DNA of 64,000 bases from Bugula neritina (GCA_964035545.1 OZ037773.1:2881751-2945750); one strand, 5' to 3'. Shown: positions 14,701-27,592, counted from the first letter of the stretch. Notes: generated from the letters alone by a model not told the origin. Made by a program: numbers and translations.

Positions 14701-17700
14701 AAAGGAGTTTGAGTAGTGTACTGCAGATCGTTCATGTCTACTCTTTCTCAGATGCCACACCTTGTAGCAGCGTGCAGTTGTATCGCTTAGATGCATGTTA
14801 TATGTGGTATATTGTATATCCTCACCTAACCCTGCTCTGTCCTGTCGTATATTGTATATGTATATATTATAATATATGTATATATTATATCTACATGTAT
14901 TATTATAATATATATGTATTATAATATACGTATATATTATAATATATACATATATATTATATCTACAGGATATATTATACTCTATGTATATATTATAATA
15001 CATGTATATATTATATCTACATGTATATATCATTTCCTGGGCTCACTTGAATTGTTTGAGTCATTTTCATGTGTTGAGCGGTTTTCTTAGACTTTCTCCA
15101 GGCATCAAACTATACCCAGATACTCATCCTGAAACTATTAATAGGACTTGGGCTACTTGAGTCATAAACACGTGCTGCGCGCCGGGCACGGCTTCTACCT
15201 CCCCCTCCCCTTCTCTCTGCCAAATAAAGATCTATGTCTAATATCCAGCCATTATCTTAGCCTTCTATCTGTATTTGATTAAGAATTTGTTTTACCCTTT
15301 TGTGCAATTAAAAGTCTTATCCCATCTTGCCAATTACAAGGATATTTTCTGTAAATGGTTGTTTTGCCTCATGTTTATAGAAATAGCATAAAGTTCACGC
15401 CCACTCAGGTGGAGGCCATACGAGCCGGCACCAACTACGGGCTCACCATGGTGGTCGGACCTCCCGGCACAGGAAAGACAGATGTGGCTGTGCAGATCAT
15501 ATCCAACCTGTACCACAACTTCCCCGAGCAAAGGACCCTCATTGTCACTCACAGTAATCAGGTTGGTACACGTGGGCTACGCCCTTACTTAGCAGTCGGG
15601 TAGCAGTTGGAGCTGAGTCTTATCGAATGTGCGTGTGTAGCCAGGAAGTGCTGTATTCTGCGTACTCATTGTCTCCAAAAGTCATTTCACAGTTTTCTCA
15701 CGGTTTTGCAGTTATGTTTTAGTATACATGGTGTTCAACACATGGTATATGAGACTACTAAACTATCTTAGCATGCAAGTGTAACACAAGTGATGTGAAC
15801 TAATTTTAATTCATGTTGTACAAAGAAGACTTAGGCTGAAGTAGTCGTAGCGGTGATCTGTATATGTTTGCTGTGTTATACATCATAGTATAGTGTATAT
15901 TATTTACCATATGTTTGTCTTATAATACTGTATAGTGTGTAGTATTATACTCTAAGGTGTAGGTAGAATGTAAATGCTGTACGTGTCACTCTGCTACACA
16001 GCATAGTGCTATACTCTGAATATATCTCAATCTAGAACCACATAATTAATATCCTTCACCTGCCACAGGCTCTGAACCAACTGTTTGAGAAGATCATGGA
16101 GCTGGACATTGACGAGAGACACTTACTGCGTATGGGACACGGCGAGGAAGGGCTGGAGACTGACAAGGACTTCAGCAGGTCTGTCTGTTACACCATGTTC
16201 AGTTACTCTCAGGTAGTCTGTCTCTTACACCATGTTCAGTTACTCTCAGGTAGTCTGTCTGTTACACCATGTTCAGTTACTCTCAGGTAGTCTGTCTATT
16301 ACACCATGTTCAGTTACTCTCAGGTAGTCTGTCTCTTACACCATGTTCAGTTACTCTCAGGTAGTCTGTCTATTACACCATATTCAGTTACCCTCACGGT
16401 AGTCTGTCTCTTACATCATGTTCAGTTACTCTCAGGTAGTCTGTCTCTTACACCATGTTCAGTTACTCTCAGGTAGTCTGTCTCTTGCACCGTGTCCAGT
16501 TACTCTCAGGTAGTCTGTCTCTTACACCATGTTCAGTTACTCTCAGGTAGTCTGTCTGTTACACCATGTTCAGTTACTCTCAGGTAGTGTGTCTCTTACA
16601 CCATATTCAGTTACTCTCAGGTAGTCTGTCTCTTACACCATGTTCAGTTACTCTCAGGTAGTCTGTCTCTTACATCATGTTCAGTTACTCTCACGGCGGT
16701 CTGTAAACACAGTCATTAGTATAACTTCTCACTTTTACAACTGCAATAGAAGTTTTATTTGTTCAGAGTTTAGATTTTAAAAGAAAAATGTTCAGCTTGG
16801 CTAAATGTCGGTGCGCCATGTTGTGTGTACAGGTAGATATGCTGTGTGTACAGGTAGATATGCTGTGTGTACAGGTAGATATGCTGTGTGTACAGGTAGA
16901 TATGCTGTGTGTAAAGGTAGATATGCTGTATGTACAGGTAGATATGCTGTGTGTACAGGTAGATATGCTGTGTGTACAGGTAGATATGCTGTGTGTACAG
17001 GTAGATATGCTGTGTGTACAGGTAGATATGCTGTGTGTACAGGTAGATATGCTGTGTGTACAGGTAGATATGCTGTGTGTACAGGTATGGAAGAGTGAAC
17101 TTCGTCTTGTCTCAGCGACTCGCTCTGCTGGAGGAAGTTGGCTGTCTACAAACAAGTTTGGGGGTTCAGGGTGATGTCTCGTACACATGTGAGACAGCCG
17201 CACACTTCTACCTCTACCAGGTAAATCCCGTTATCTCAGGTAAACTCTACCTCTACCAGGTAAACTACTTTAATCAGCTAAACTGTGCCTGGACAGTTCA
17301 ACAGGTGATTTGTCTCTCAGGTACACATTATTATAAGTTAAAAACTATTTCTACCAGACAGATTTAAACTCCCTTAATAAGTTTCCTTTGACCATGTGAT
17401 GAAGGCCATATACATGAGTTGGAGTTTGAAACAAGACCCAGGGTGATAGGTTCAATGCACTAGAGTTATTCACCGGCTTTCCATGGACCGATCTCAGATC
17501 GATCTCAGTGAGATCGATCTGAGATCGGTACATGGAAAGCCCGTGATTGTGAGATGAAGTGTTTATATATATTTTAGCTCTGTTACATAATACTATTTTT
17601 ACTGGCCATCTTTGTCTGTAGAGTGTAATGAATATATCTATGGTATACATTATATTTATGGTATACATTATATCTGTGGTATACAGTATATATATGGTAT

Positions 17701-20700
17701 ACAGTATATCTATGGTATACAGTATATCTGTATCCACCAGGTGCTATCAAGGTGGGAGAAATACGCAGGTGGTTATGACACATATAGTCTGGAGCAAGTG
17801 TCATCCGAGTTCCCCTTCCACACCTTCTTCCAGGATGCCCCCCAACCTTTGTTCAAGGGGAAGAGCAAAGAATCGGACTGGGAGATTGCCGAAGGTTGTT
17901 TCCGGCACATCAAACGTATCTTCACACAGCTCGATGTACGTGTAACTGTGAACAGTTAACCAGCAGCGTCGCTGGCATTATTCTCTGCTCTCCAGTTCTG
18001 TTTGCAATAAATATATTTAGTCTTGTTAGTAGTACCATATGCATAGATCTCATGGACATCGTATACACAAGAAAAAATGTAGTTAAAAACATTTTCCTTG
18101 TCTGAAATGTTCTATTTAAAACTTTTGTGTTGCAGGAGTTCCGGCCTTTTGAGTTGTTGAGGTCGGGGGCTGACCGTGCCCGTTACCTTCTGATAAAGGA
18201 GGCTAAGATTATAGCTATGACGTGTACTCATGCTGCCCTGAAGCGCCATGATCTAGTTGCTGCCAGGTTTCAGGTAAGACCTTGCTTTGTCGACTCTGGA
18301 AAAAGTTAAACCAACCTTTTCTAAAAGCTGTGACCTTTTTCTCAATGTCAGATTGATCTTTCCTTCCTCTGTGTTGGTGTATTTTCGAGTGCATCACTAA
18401 TTTAAGTTTATCTCGCAAATATTTTTATCTATGCTACACTGAATATATTTTACAGATCTTTGGCCATCTGTTCTTCCATCATTAGACAGCTTCGGATTTA
18501 TTGAATGCATTTTGTGTTTTATTCAAATAACTTTCATTGTATAGGATTAGAAAGCTCACATTGTCATATAGCTGCATTATATAAGGTTTAATCACCTCCA
18601 CCCTCCCTCTCTCCCGTCAGCTTGTCATATTGTAGAACATACTGCACTGTGCTAATTAATATAATCTTAGTTTACACTCTCTAGTAATAACTGGAAGAAC
18701 TCCTATACACATTTCCTGTGTGCCTAGTCAGTATCAATCCTGCATACTTCAGTCTTGTGTGTGCAGCGTATTGTACATATGTGCTGGTATATATTGTTTC
18801 TTAGTCCTAGTAAAATATTTAAACAAATTAGTATGGTATTTGTACACATGTACATACATCTGAAATGTTTGCTGTTGAAATGGTATAAAGTAAGTTCAAT
18901 CTTTGTAAAAAAAAAATAAAAATTAATGCGCCACTCTTGTGTAACATATAAAAGCATATTTTAGGTTTTCATATCATATAGCGTTTCACATGTGCTGTAT
19001 ATAACATCACATATACTCATACGTTGGATAGCTCAGTGTTGTGTGTGCATACTATGTTTACATACACCATATAACCTTAACCTGTTGTTTTATAGTACGA
19101 TAATATCTTGATGGAGGAATCAGCTCAGATCCTGGAGATTGAAACGTTCATACCCCTCCTACTTCAGGTACTAATATAAACTGGTCTCTCAGTCTAAGTT
19201 TTAGTCTTTAAGGCTATGTTCTAGTCTCTTAGGCTAAGTTCTAGTCTCTCAGTCTATGTTCTAGTCTCACTCTAAGTTCTCCAGTCTCACTCTGAGTACT
19301 CCAGTCTCACTCTGAGTACTCCAGTCTCACTCTGAGTACTCCAGTCTCACTCTAAGTACTCTAGTCTCACTCTGAGTACTTTAGTCTCACTCTGAGTACT
19401 CTAGACTCACTCTGAGTACTCTAGACTCACTCTGAGTACTCTAGACTCACTCTGAGTACTCTAGAGTTACCAAATGTTTTCCTTCTGTTTGCTAGAACCC
19501 AGAAGATGGCTTCAATAGGCTGAAGCGTTGGATTATGATTGGTGATCACCATCAGCTACCTCCCGTCATAAAGAACATGGCCTTCCAGAAGTACAGCAAC
19601 ATGGAGCAGAGTCTTTTCACTCGCTTTGTCAGACTGGGTGTCCCAACTGTCGACCTGGACGCACAAGGTAACTTCTCTCAGAGTTGGCTCTTTAGGGTGG
19701 CTGCTGGGTCTACTACTATATATTATATTCATGTGTCCTGCTACAATACCATCTATACGCGCAGTAGAGTTATGCCCTGTGTGTGTTTGCCGCTGTAACG
19801 CCACACGAATGATGTAGGTAGAGCTAGAGGAAGCATAGCCAACCTTTACCGCTGGAGGTACAAAAAGCTGGGTGACCTCTCTCACATCAGCCAACTGGAG
19901 CAGTACAAGACGGCCAACGCTGGCTTCAGGTTTGACTTCCAGATTGTAGATGTTCCCGACTTCAACGGGGTCGGGGAGAGTGAGCCCAACCCGTACTTCT
20001 ACCAGGTGAGTGTCGTGGAGAAATATATCTACATTACCTGTAGGGGAATATATCCACATTACTTGTAGGGGAATATATCCACATTACCTGTAGAGGAATA
20101 TATCCACATTACTTGTAGGGGAATATATCCACATTACTTGTAGGGGAATATATCCACATTACTTGTAGGGGAATATATCTGCATTACTTGTAGGGGAATA
20201 TATCCACCTTACTTGTATGGGAATATATCCACATTACCTGTAAGGGAATATACTCACATTACCTGTAGTACAGTATATCATATCAACCTTGAGTCAAGTA
20301 TATTATACTCCCTTGTGCTACACACTGTAGTTAAGTATATTATACTCACTGGTACTACACACTGTAGTCAAGTATATTATACTCACTGGTGCTACACACT
20401 GTAGTCAAGTATATTATACTCACTGGTGCTACACACTGTAGTCAAGTATATTATACTCACTGGTGCTACACACTGTAGTTAAGTATATTATACTCACTGG
20501 TGCTACACACTGTAGTCAAGTATATTATACTCACTGGTGTTACACACTGTAGTTAAGTATATTATACTCACTGGTGCTACACACTGTAGAATCTGGCTGA
20601 AGCCGAATACTGCGTGGCCACATTCATGTACATGAGACTTCTGGGATACCCGGCTGAGAAGATCACCATCCTCACCACTTACAACGGGCAGAAACATCTG

Positions 20701-22567
20701 CTCCGTGATGTCATAGCGCAGCGATGTGGCGCCAACCCTCTCATTGGTCAGTTGAAGTTCTCTTGAATAACTTTATTTTTAATATTTAGTCTGCTCGGTC
20801 ATTGATTAACAAGCTATATGCATCTCTATATTCTTCACCAGTGTCTTTTCATTCAGATCTTTTTTCCCGTGACAGCTGAATTAAGCAGCTTATGTAATGT
20901 TTTGGTTTTGACTATGCTGCTTTAACATTTTTTTTTATAGAGTTCTAAGGTATTTTGTGGTCGTGCTAAACTTTATTTCAACACATTTTATCCTATTCTG
21001 ACCTATTTTATTCTATTCTGACCTATTTTATCCTATTCTGACCTATTTTATTCTATTCTGACATATTTTATTGTATTCTGACCTATTTTATCGTACGCAA
21101 TATTCTGTTCTCAGGTCAACCTCATAAGGTCACCACCGTCGACAGGTTTCAAGGTCAACAAAATGATTACATAATTCTATCTCTGGTGAGAACTAGAAAT
21201 GTGGGTCACCTCAGAGATGTAAGGAGGCTGGTGGTAAGTAACACAGTGACCTTGACCTCCAGTGGATCACAGGCTACCTTGTTGTTTTTTTACTAGACCA
21301 CGCGTCTCATTTAATAACTGTAAAGCATCTAACTACTGTATATGTCTCAAGTTAGTACTACCTATACTGTGTTTACCTTCATCGCTTTTGTTGAGTTGGT
21401 GACGAGTGTCGAGTTGGTGTTAATATTAGCTGAGGCTTCTCTTGCAGCCAATTCTCTGGGGGAGGGGGTGTCTGCTCATCTCGTTAATAAAGAATTCTAT
21501 TCATAGAAGAACTCTATTGTTACTTTAGGTAGCAATGTCAAGAGCTAGGCTAGGGCTCTACGTGTTTGGTAGAGTATCGCTCTTTCAAAACTGTGTGGAG
21601 CTCACCCCAACTTTCACACAGCTGGTGCAGAAACCCCTGAGGCTACACCTGCTTCCCTCTGAGACTTATCCCACATCTAGACTGGTGAGTCCAACTTCTC
21701 TTCATTCTAGTCTGTGTGTCTGTGCATGTTCATGTGTGTGCGTGTGTGTCTGGGCGCGTGCGTGTGTGTCTAAGCAAGTGCATGTGTTTACGTGTGTGTG
21801 CGTGTGTGTGCGTGTGTGTTTGTGTGTATGGTGTGGCTTCAATTCCTGCCCAGTTTGTTGGTAGCAGCAGAGACAGAAATACTTCATACTGTCGTTTCTC
21901 CTGCTAGTCCCCTATGCCTGTAGCTCATGTAACCATTACTCCAGCATATGAGGCTGTAGGCACTGCACTGTAAGACACTTGATACTCTGTTCAATAGGTT
22001 GCCGACAGTCCGAGTAGAGAAGAAGCCATGATTATTCCTGATATGCCCGCCATGTGTCAGTTTGTCTACGACCTTTATGGCAGCAGCGTGGAGATGATGA
22101 TGCAATCGATGCCAGTAAGTACAACGTATTTTGGTGTAATATACTCAGTTACTCACTCACTCACTCAGTCTGTCACTCTGTCACTCACTCACCTAGTTTG
22201 TTACTTACTCACTCAGTCTTCTACTCACTCAGCATTTTACACACTCACTCACTCGTTCTGTCACTCATTCACTGCGTTACTCACTCACTCAATTTCTTAT
22301 TCACTCACTCACTCTGTCACTTACTCACTTTGTAGTTTTGATGCTACACTTCAGCCTACATTAAACAAACAGAGGAAGGTTGAAATTTGAGAATGACATG
22401 AAGCTGTGTGAATGTGTAACCATGAAATCTCATTGATATTCTAGAAAGAAGTGCCTGTGGAGACTGAAGAGAAATCTGTAGAAGATGATGGCAAGGGCAA
22501 AGGTCAACCTGTTGTTACTAAGGAAATAGAGTTCGAGGTTCTGGATGACAGTGCAGCTAAGGAGTGA
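5780..22567 (+). CDS. AQR: RNA helicase Aquarius / intron-binding protein IBP160, 28 coding exons, about 1420 aa
   Basis: Exons: 5780-5965, 6469-6654, 6918-7052, 7177-7307, 7912-8030, 8538-8707, 9108-9221, 9752-9985, 10182-10395, 11006-11133, 11544-11720, 12128-12325, 12974-13143, 13579-13713, 14183-14284, 15381-15561, 16069-16178, 17085-17220, 17741-17935, 18136-18273, 19096-19167, 19496-19667, 19818-20005, 20590-20746, 21115-21233, 21529-21684, 21998-22114, 22445-22567. All GT-AG, phases consistent, sum 4263 nt. AQR signatures: [44 protein letters not shown], Walker [58 protein letters not shown]. Candidate polyA signals at about 22655, 22782, 22861. Confidence 0.97.
7308..7500. repeat. 14-bp minisatellite GTAGGTTGTAACTT beginning at the AQR intron 4 donor
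   Basis: About 13 direct copies; the unit contains the donor hexamer GTAGGT. Confidence 0.95.
8095..8517. repeat. 17-bp minisatellite CACTATAGCATATATAA in AQR intron 5, about 25 copies
   Basis: CACT recurs at 8107, 8124, 8141, 8158 and onward. Confidence 0.95.
8717..9090. repeat. 19/14-bp minisatellite GAGGGTATTATATCATACT filling AQR intron 6
   Basis: Direct tandem copies occupying almost the entire intron. Confidence 0.95.
13975..14145. repeat. Degenerate 31-bp tandem repeat in AQR intron 14
   Basis: TTAGC recurs at 14038, 14069, 14100, 14131. Confidence 0.8.
16177..16697. repeat. 37-bp minisatellite at the AQR intron 17 donor, about 14 copies
   Basis: Unit AGGTAGTCTGTCTCTTACACCATGTTCAGTTACTCTC; period 37 (16211, 16248...). 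Confidence 0.95.
16818..17088. repeat. 21-bp minisatellite ending at the AQR intron 17 acceptor, about 13 copies
   Basis: Unit ATGCTGTGTGTACAGGTAGAT; the last copy supplies the true acceptor (CAG ending 17084). Confidence 0.95.
17470..17546. mobile_element. 77-bp near-perfect palindrome, probable collapsed MITE
   Basis: TCACCGGCTTTCCATGGACCGATCTCAGATCGATCTCA-G-TGAGATCGATCTGAGATCGGTACATGGAAAGCCCGTGA; 38-bp arms with 2 mismatches. The palindrome is seen directly; MITE origin is inferred. Confidence 0.6.
17633..17733. repeat. 18-bp tandem repeat abutting the AQR intron 18 acceptor
   Basis: ATATCTATGGTATACA(G/T)T units, about 5-6 copies. Confidence 0.85.
19185..19465. repeat. 20-bp minisatellite CTAGTCTCACTCTGAGTACT filling AQR intron 21
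   Basis: Direct periodicity of 20. Confidence 0.9.
20017..20589. repeat. Compound array in AQR intron 23: 25-bp repeat (about 20017-20270) followed by 37-bp repeat (about 20290-20589) ending at the acceptor
   Basis: Units GTAGGGGAATATATCCACATTACYT and GTAGTCAAGTATATTATACTCACTGGTGCTACACACT; the last CTGTAG is the real acceptor. Confidence 0.95.
20980..21095. repeat. 20-bp tandem repeat ACCTATTTTATYCTATTCTG near the AQR intron 24 acceptor
   Basis: About 5-6 direct copies. Confidence 0.9.
21712..22330. repeat. Degenerate (TG)n (21712-21835) and (CACT)n (22143-22330) microsatellites in the last two AQR introns
   Basis: Direct inspection. Confidence 0.9.
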
Positions 22568-25500
22568 CAAGTGAAGTTATCTATCCCATGTTGCTATGGC
22601 AACTATGTAAACTCTCGGCTGTGGAACTGAAATGACTACTAGCATTTCTTAAATATTAAAAAGTTTTATACTGTGTAAATATATGTATATTCCAATGTAT
22701 AGACTCCAAACACTGTTGAATTCTTATATGATTTATTCTGAAGAAAACTCTTTAATGCTGGAAGGTTAGAGGCTACAAGTTAATAAATATTTATGAGTTA
22801 TTAGTTTGTATATAATTATTGTGACAGCTGCTTTGTCATGGTGATGTTTTATATATGTGCAATAAATTCTATTACTAGCCTTCAATCAATTCTTTTACTA
22901 GCATTCTGCTATTCTCACTCAGGTTAATCTAGTTTTCATGTAGGGTCACTCATCTTATTTTAACATAGAATGAGTGGTTGTAGTGTATGCTCCAAGAACA
23001 CAAAAGCTCAAGATTTAAACACCAATATGATAAATAGAACTCTACTAGTAATCTGCAATATTGAAATTGAACATTTTATGGACAGGTGAATCGTTTTATA
23101 TAATATTCATGACACTTTCAGCATGAAAGTCATCTGTCAACCTGGCTACAAGTTGAGATTATATTATAAAATGCAAGAAAGAGTTTTCAGCTGAACACTA
23201 CACTCTAACATTTAATTGCAAACTTTTCTTACTCTGCATACATCAATAAAGTTGGGGTTTAATTGAGGTCAACACATGCACATTCATTGATGTGTGTGAT
23301 CTGGGCAGTGAAGTAATACCATATTATATCCCTGATTGGTCTTGCACAAGGTAACTTGACAGATTCTGGTGTGTCTTTAAGGCTGACCGAATTTCAACCC
23401 ACATGTTAAATTAGTTGAAATTAAAAACATAAGCCTAGATGATCATTGCTGCACTTTTGTAAAATCTTAGAACATTTTTTTATAAACTATATTTGAGTCA
23501 TGAGTCTTTTTATTTTGTTTCTGCTATATTTCCATTGTAAAAGCAAAGCTACAAAACCAATAGATGACAATAGTTTTTGTGAAAGAACTTGCAATATTTA
23601 GTGCAACATTTTAACTACAATATGTACAAGTTTGCCATTTCTAGGTTTTTAGTTTCTACTAATCGATTAACCAACTGGTCCAACCAGAACTGTTCATGCA
23701 GTAACTGATGGTCAGATGTAGATGCCCTCAAATCGTTAATGTTATATCTGTGTATATAGAAACTAACACTGCAGTCTAAATGCACAGGGTTGCCAGTTTC
23801 AAACAGCATTACAAAGAGAAGGTAGCCCTAGCGAAGGAACAATAAGCTTCTGTAGAAGAAACCTTGTCTCTTGTTTTCACTAGCTAATGGCTGTATTTTG
23901 TTGATAAATAACGCCCAGCCCGATTCTAAAGCCACGTTGTTGATGTATGCAGTATAATGCTATTGATAGGGCACAGTACTTCACAGCCAAACCTCTAACT
24001 AACTATTCAAATCATAATTTTGAAAGGGTTTGCAGGGGACAACAATGAAAACAGCTTGGCTTGCCTAGTTACAGTAAACATATAAAACAAACATGAGTTT
24101 AAATCAGTGTAGCTGACTGCATGTAGCTCATTTCTAGCTTAGTGACTGCTTCTAGACATCTGGGCCTACTCTTCTTGCAAGAGTCTTTGATCTCCACTTA
24201 CTAAACATGAGCCTCTCCAAGGTAAGGGTACATGTATCAGTTGACTTCCATTAATTTCTTCAACAGAAATGTTTTGCTAGTAGATTCTTTTTCTTCCTTG
24301 AGCTGAGGCATGAACCAAAGTTTTGTGAAGTTAAAAGAATGTTTGCTGTGTAATGTAGGCTTTTTGCTCACATCTTTAGAGTCTTGTATGTATAGAGTAT
24401 GCTAGTTTGGAAAGATTTTTATCAATATTGAACAACTCTTTTGCAACCATGCAATTAAAAGATAATCATTAGCATACTAATACTTTTAATTCTTGTTCTT
24501 TTAAATCAGTCTACGATAATCAGTCTTGCTTTGCCTTTTAAATGACAATTTAAAACTTGTTCTGTACTTTATTTTATGCCTAAGCAGTTGCTCTGTTGAC
24601 TTTGTAATTGCTTCAAAAATATCGTATTGCATCTGAACATTCATGCTTATATAGTAAATTACAGTCAGTTCCCATGATATAATATAGAGATTACAGCGCT
24701 ACAGTGTATACAGTACTATTTTGCATAGATAATAATTCAGTCAATAGATAATAGATTTTTCGTCAATTAATAACCTAGTTTTACTGCACAAGAGAAGAAA
24801 ACTCTATCACTTATACAGAGCTTATATACAATGTCTTTATTGGATACTTGAAACCAATACTACAATGCAAATAAGCTATTGTTTCGCAATTTTTAAATGT
24901 TTATATCTGTAGCATATATATAATAGTCATGTACGACACAAGGTTATGTAGGTTTAATGATACACTATGTTTTCAAGCTAGCTTCGAATCATGTAGATGG
25001 ATTTTTCATTTGATGCTTGGAAACAGTTGCATCAAATGAAACCACCATGATAGGATCATGCAAACCCACATCACAAATTCATTGTATGCGCATCTATTTA
25101 GAAGCAATGGAAGCACAGTGATAAAGAAGAATATATAAACCCTATATATAATGTTAAAAGTTACATTCTCATAAAAAATTGATGGTAACTGATTGCTTGC
25201 TATAGATCCAAGGAGAGAAATGGTAGCTGGAAACTTTAATTCATAAAGTGACAAAATATGCGCAGTTAATTAATAATTGATCTTGCTAAATAAATTAACT
25301 AGACTATTGCTTTAAATGCAGACATTGCACTGGAAAGTAAGTCTTTCAAGTTTATAACTCTAGATTCTACAAAATATTTAAATATAAAAACTTATCTTTT
25401 CAGCTGCAAGTTTCTTTTGTTACTTGTTGTTTTATTCAAAACACTATAAGTGGATAACTCAGTTTTATTCTTGTTGGAATAATTGCCCGAAAAACAAACT

Positions 25501-26279
25501 ACTTTTACCTTCACCCTGTTCAGTAGCCAAGTTTTTATTTGATCTTAATAGAAGTTTACAGCAGAAAACAGTTTAGACTCTAAAAAATAAAATCAAAGAA
25601 AACTGTATAAAAGCATTCACGTTATTTTCTTGTTGGATTTGAAGTTAGATCATCAAAAATAATGTGATTATCATTGAAACTATATGCAGTTTTTAACAGA
25701 ACTAAGGAGTTTATTATTATATTACTGGTAGTGTAGAGTACTGCTATATATAACAAACCACCTAATTGAAAAATATATAGCAATATAAAGTTACTCCCTC
25801 TTCACAGAAACTGCAAAGAAACTTTTTGCAGTTTAACTCTTTTTCCTTGTTTCTTTCATAAAAATCTCTCCAGATTGTTTACTATAACCAATCTAATAAA
25901 TCACATGATATTTTTACAGCCAACTCTCTACTATACAAGCTGCTCATCACTCATTCAACACTGTAAGAAGGTGACGTCAGGATTAATAGCCTTAGAACTA
26001 ACTCCCTGATAGCTCGGTCAGTACGGGTGCAAAATTGTTAAACATAGACTAATATTGCACCTGTCCCGGCTTCGCTAGCAAAGGGATATGTCAGCATAAA
26101 CTCATTACAAGGTTTACTTTAACAGAAGGAGAGAGGGGGAAGAGAGGAATGGTGGCTGGGAGAGACAAGGGAAGAGAAAGAGGGGGAAGAGAGGGGAGGG
26201 AGGGAAGGAGAAAAACAAAAGCTAGAATCTTGGAATATAAAATTGCTTCAGCAATAAAAATTAAGGAATTCGTCATATA

Positions 26280-27592
26280 CGGGGGGCACAACGGGCCGAA
26301 TTTTGCATTTTTTACTCTCATTCGTCTGTTTTTCAAGTTACTAGTTCAATAATCTCTAGTCTTAATGCTGCATCTGTTGTCTATTACAGGTATCAGTTTG
26401 TTGTTTCTATCTCTCTCACAACTTTCAGAATAATGAAATTTTCATGACGAAAAAATCGGCCCATTGTGCCCCGGTACCGGGGTAGAATGGGCCACTAGGT
26501 GGGACACAACAAACATATTGAAACTTTGCAAATTTTGTTGCATCTGATCTTTATTTATTTAATATTACAAATAAATCAAAATATTCTTTCAGATCTAAAG
26601 CAAAATTCATGTTTTAGCTGTAAAGTTTCTGCCACCACGGATAGCAGAGGAAGGCAAAATCAAACGCACATCTCTCGGTTCTATGGTGCCATTATCATTA
26701 CTGTTTAGAACTAAAAATGTTTTTTATTTACACTTTAGAGGAACTTTTATCAAAAAAAACTTTAGTAACATGTGCTACAAAATTTTGAGTAGACTTTTTT
26801 CTATGAACTGTAGCTAAGGTGCATGGCTTATCGGTTTGTGGCTGGAGTATGGAAGGGAGAGGGGGGGAGCGAATGAGCAAATCACAATTTATTTTAGTCA
26901 AATACATGTATATTCCCTAAATGATATAATGTATAATGAATATCATGACTATCTACGAGTAGCAACAGCAGAGTGTTTTGTATTATGTATAAAATAGCAT
27001 AACTTTAACCTCACCAGATGTATATATTAGGGGAGCTTCACCTTGTAGTTTTGTAGTCTTACCATGATGTCTTTGATATTTTACAAAAACGTCAGAAATG
27101 GCTATATCTATAGATTTTAGTAACATTTCAACCAACTTTTTGAGCAAACAAACTAATAACAGTGATCAGGGTACAATAATAAGGTGGCCCATTGTGCCCC
27201 AGTCAGCGTGGCCCATTGTGCCCCGGATGGCCAAATTGAACATAAATGTGCCTCAAAGAAAATTTATTTTAGAGTTTGCTGTTATACTAATTAAGCAATG
27301 TAGAGATAAGCAATGGCAACAATATTAGTAAAATCTAGGCTTGTTGCCTTTGAGTGCAAAAAGTTATAAAGCTTTAACGACACTTTAAAATTATACAAAA
27401 AGTAGGTAAAAACAGTTTTTTACTCGCCTTTTCAACACGTATGTTCTGCAAGTGTTCAAACTACAAAGGCTGAATAATTATGTCAATACGGTTTTTATGA
27501 AAGAAAAATCACAACTCTAAGTCGATAAGTTCTCTCACAATTTAGCCGGCTTTTTGTACCCCTATGACCGTTGTGCCCCCCCGGGGCCCCTA
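26280..27592. mobile_element. Non-autonomous DNA transposon, about 1.3 kb
   Basis: 14-bp inverted match GGGGGGCACAACGG (26281) / CCGTTGTGCCCCCC (27568); the motif GGCCCATTGTGCCCC is reiterated internally (about 26458, 27186, 27210); TA at both flanks; no transposase ORF. Confidence 0.65.

Noticed and set aside
16177-16697. 37-bp repeats (also 20290-20589) of CRISPR-like length
   Set aside because: Head-to-tail with no unique spacers, inside spliceosomal introns of a eukaryotic gene, and no cas genes.
16763-17203. Repeat-peptide ORFs (CTHSIST, LCVQVDM, VCTGRYA; likewise 37115-38093 and 14674-15033)
   Set aside because: Stop-free frames through minisatellites or low-complexity DNA; the real AQR frame starts at 17085.
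19556-20059. 167-aa antisense ORF over AQR exons 22-23
   Set aside because: Shadow ORF opposite coding exons; no recognisable motif.
23600-25260. Coding-looking patches downstream of AQR (ORFs 23615-23809, 25006-25254)
   Set aside because: No consistent spliced model or recognisable domain could be built; possibly decayed transposon or pseudogene, which needs a TBLASTX search.
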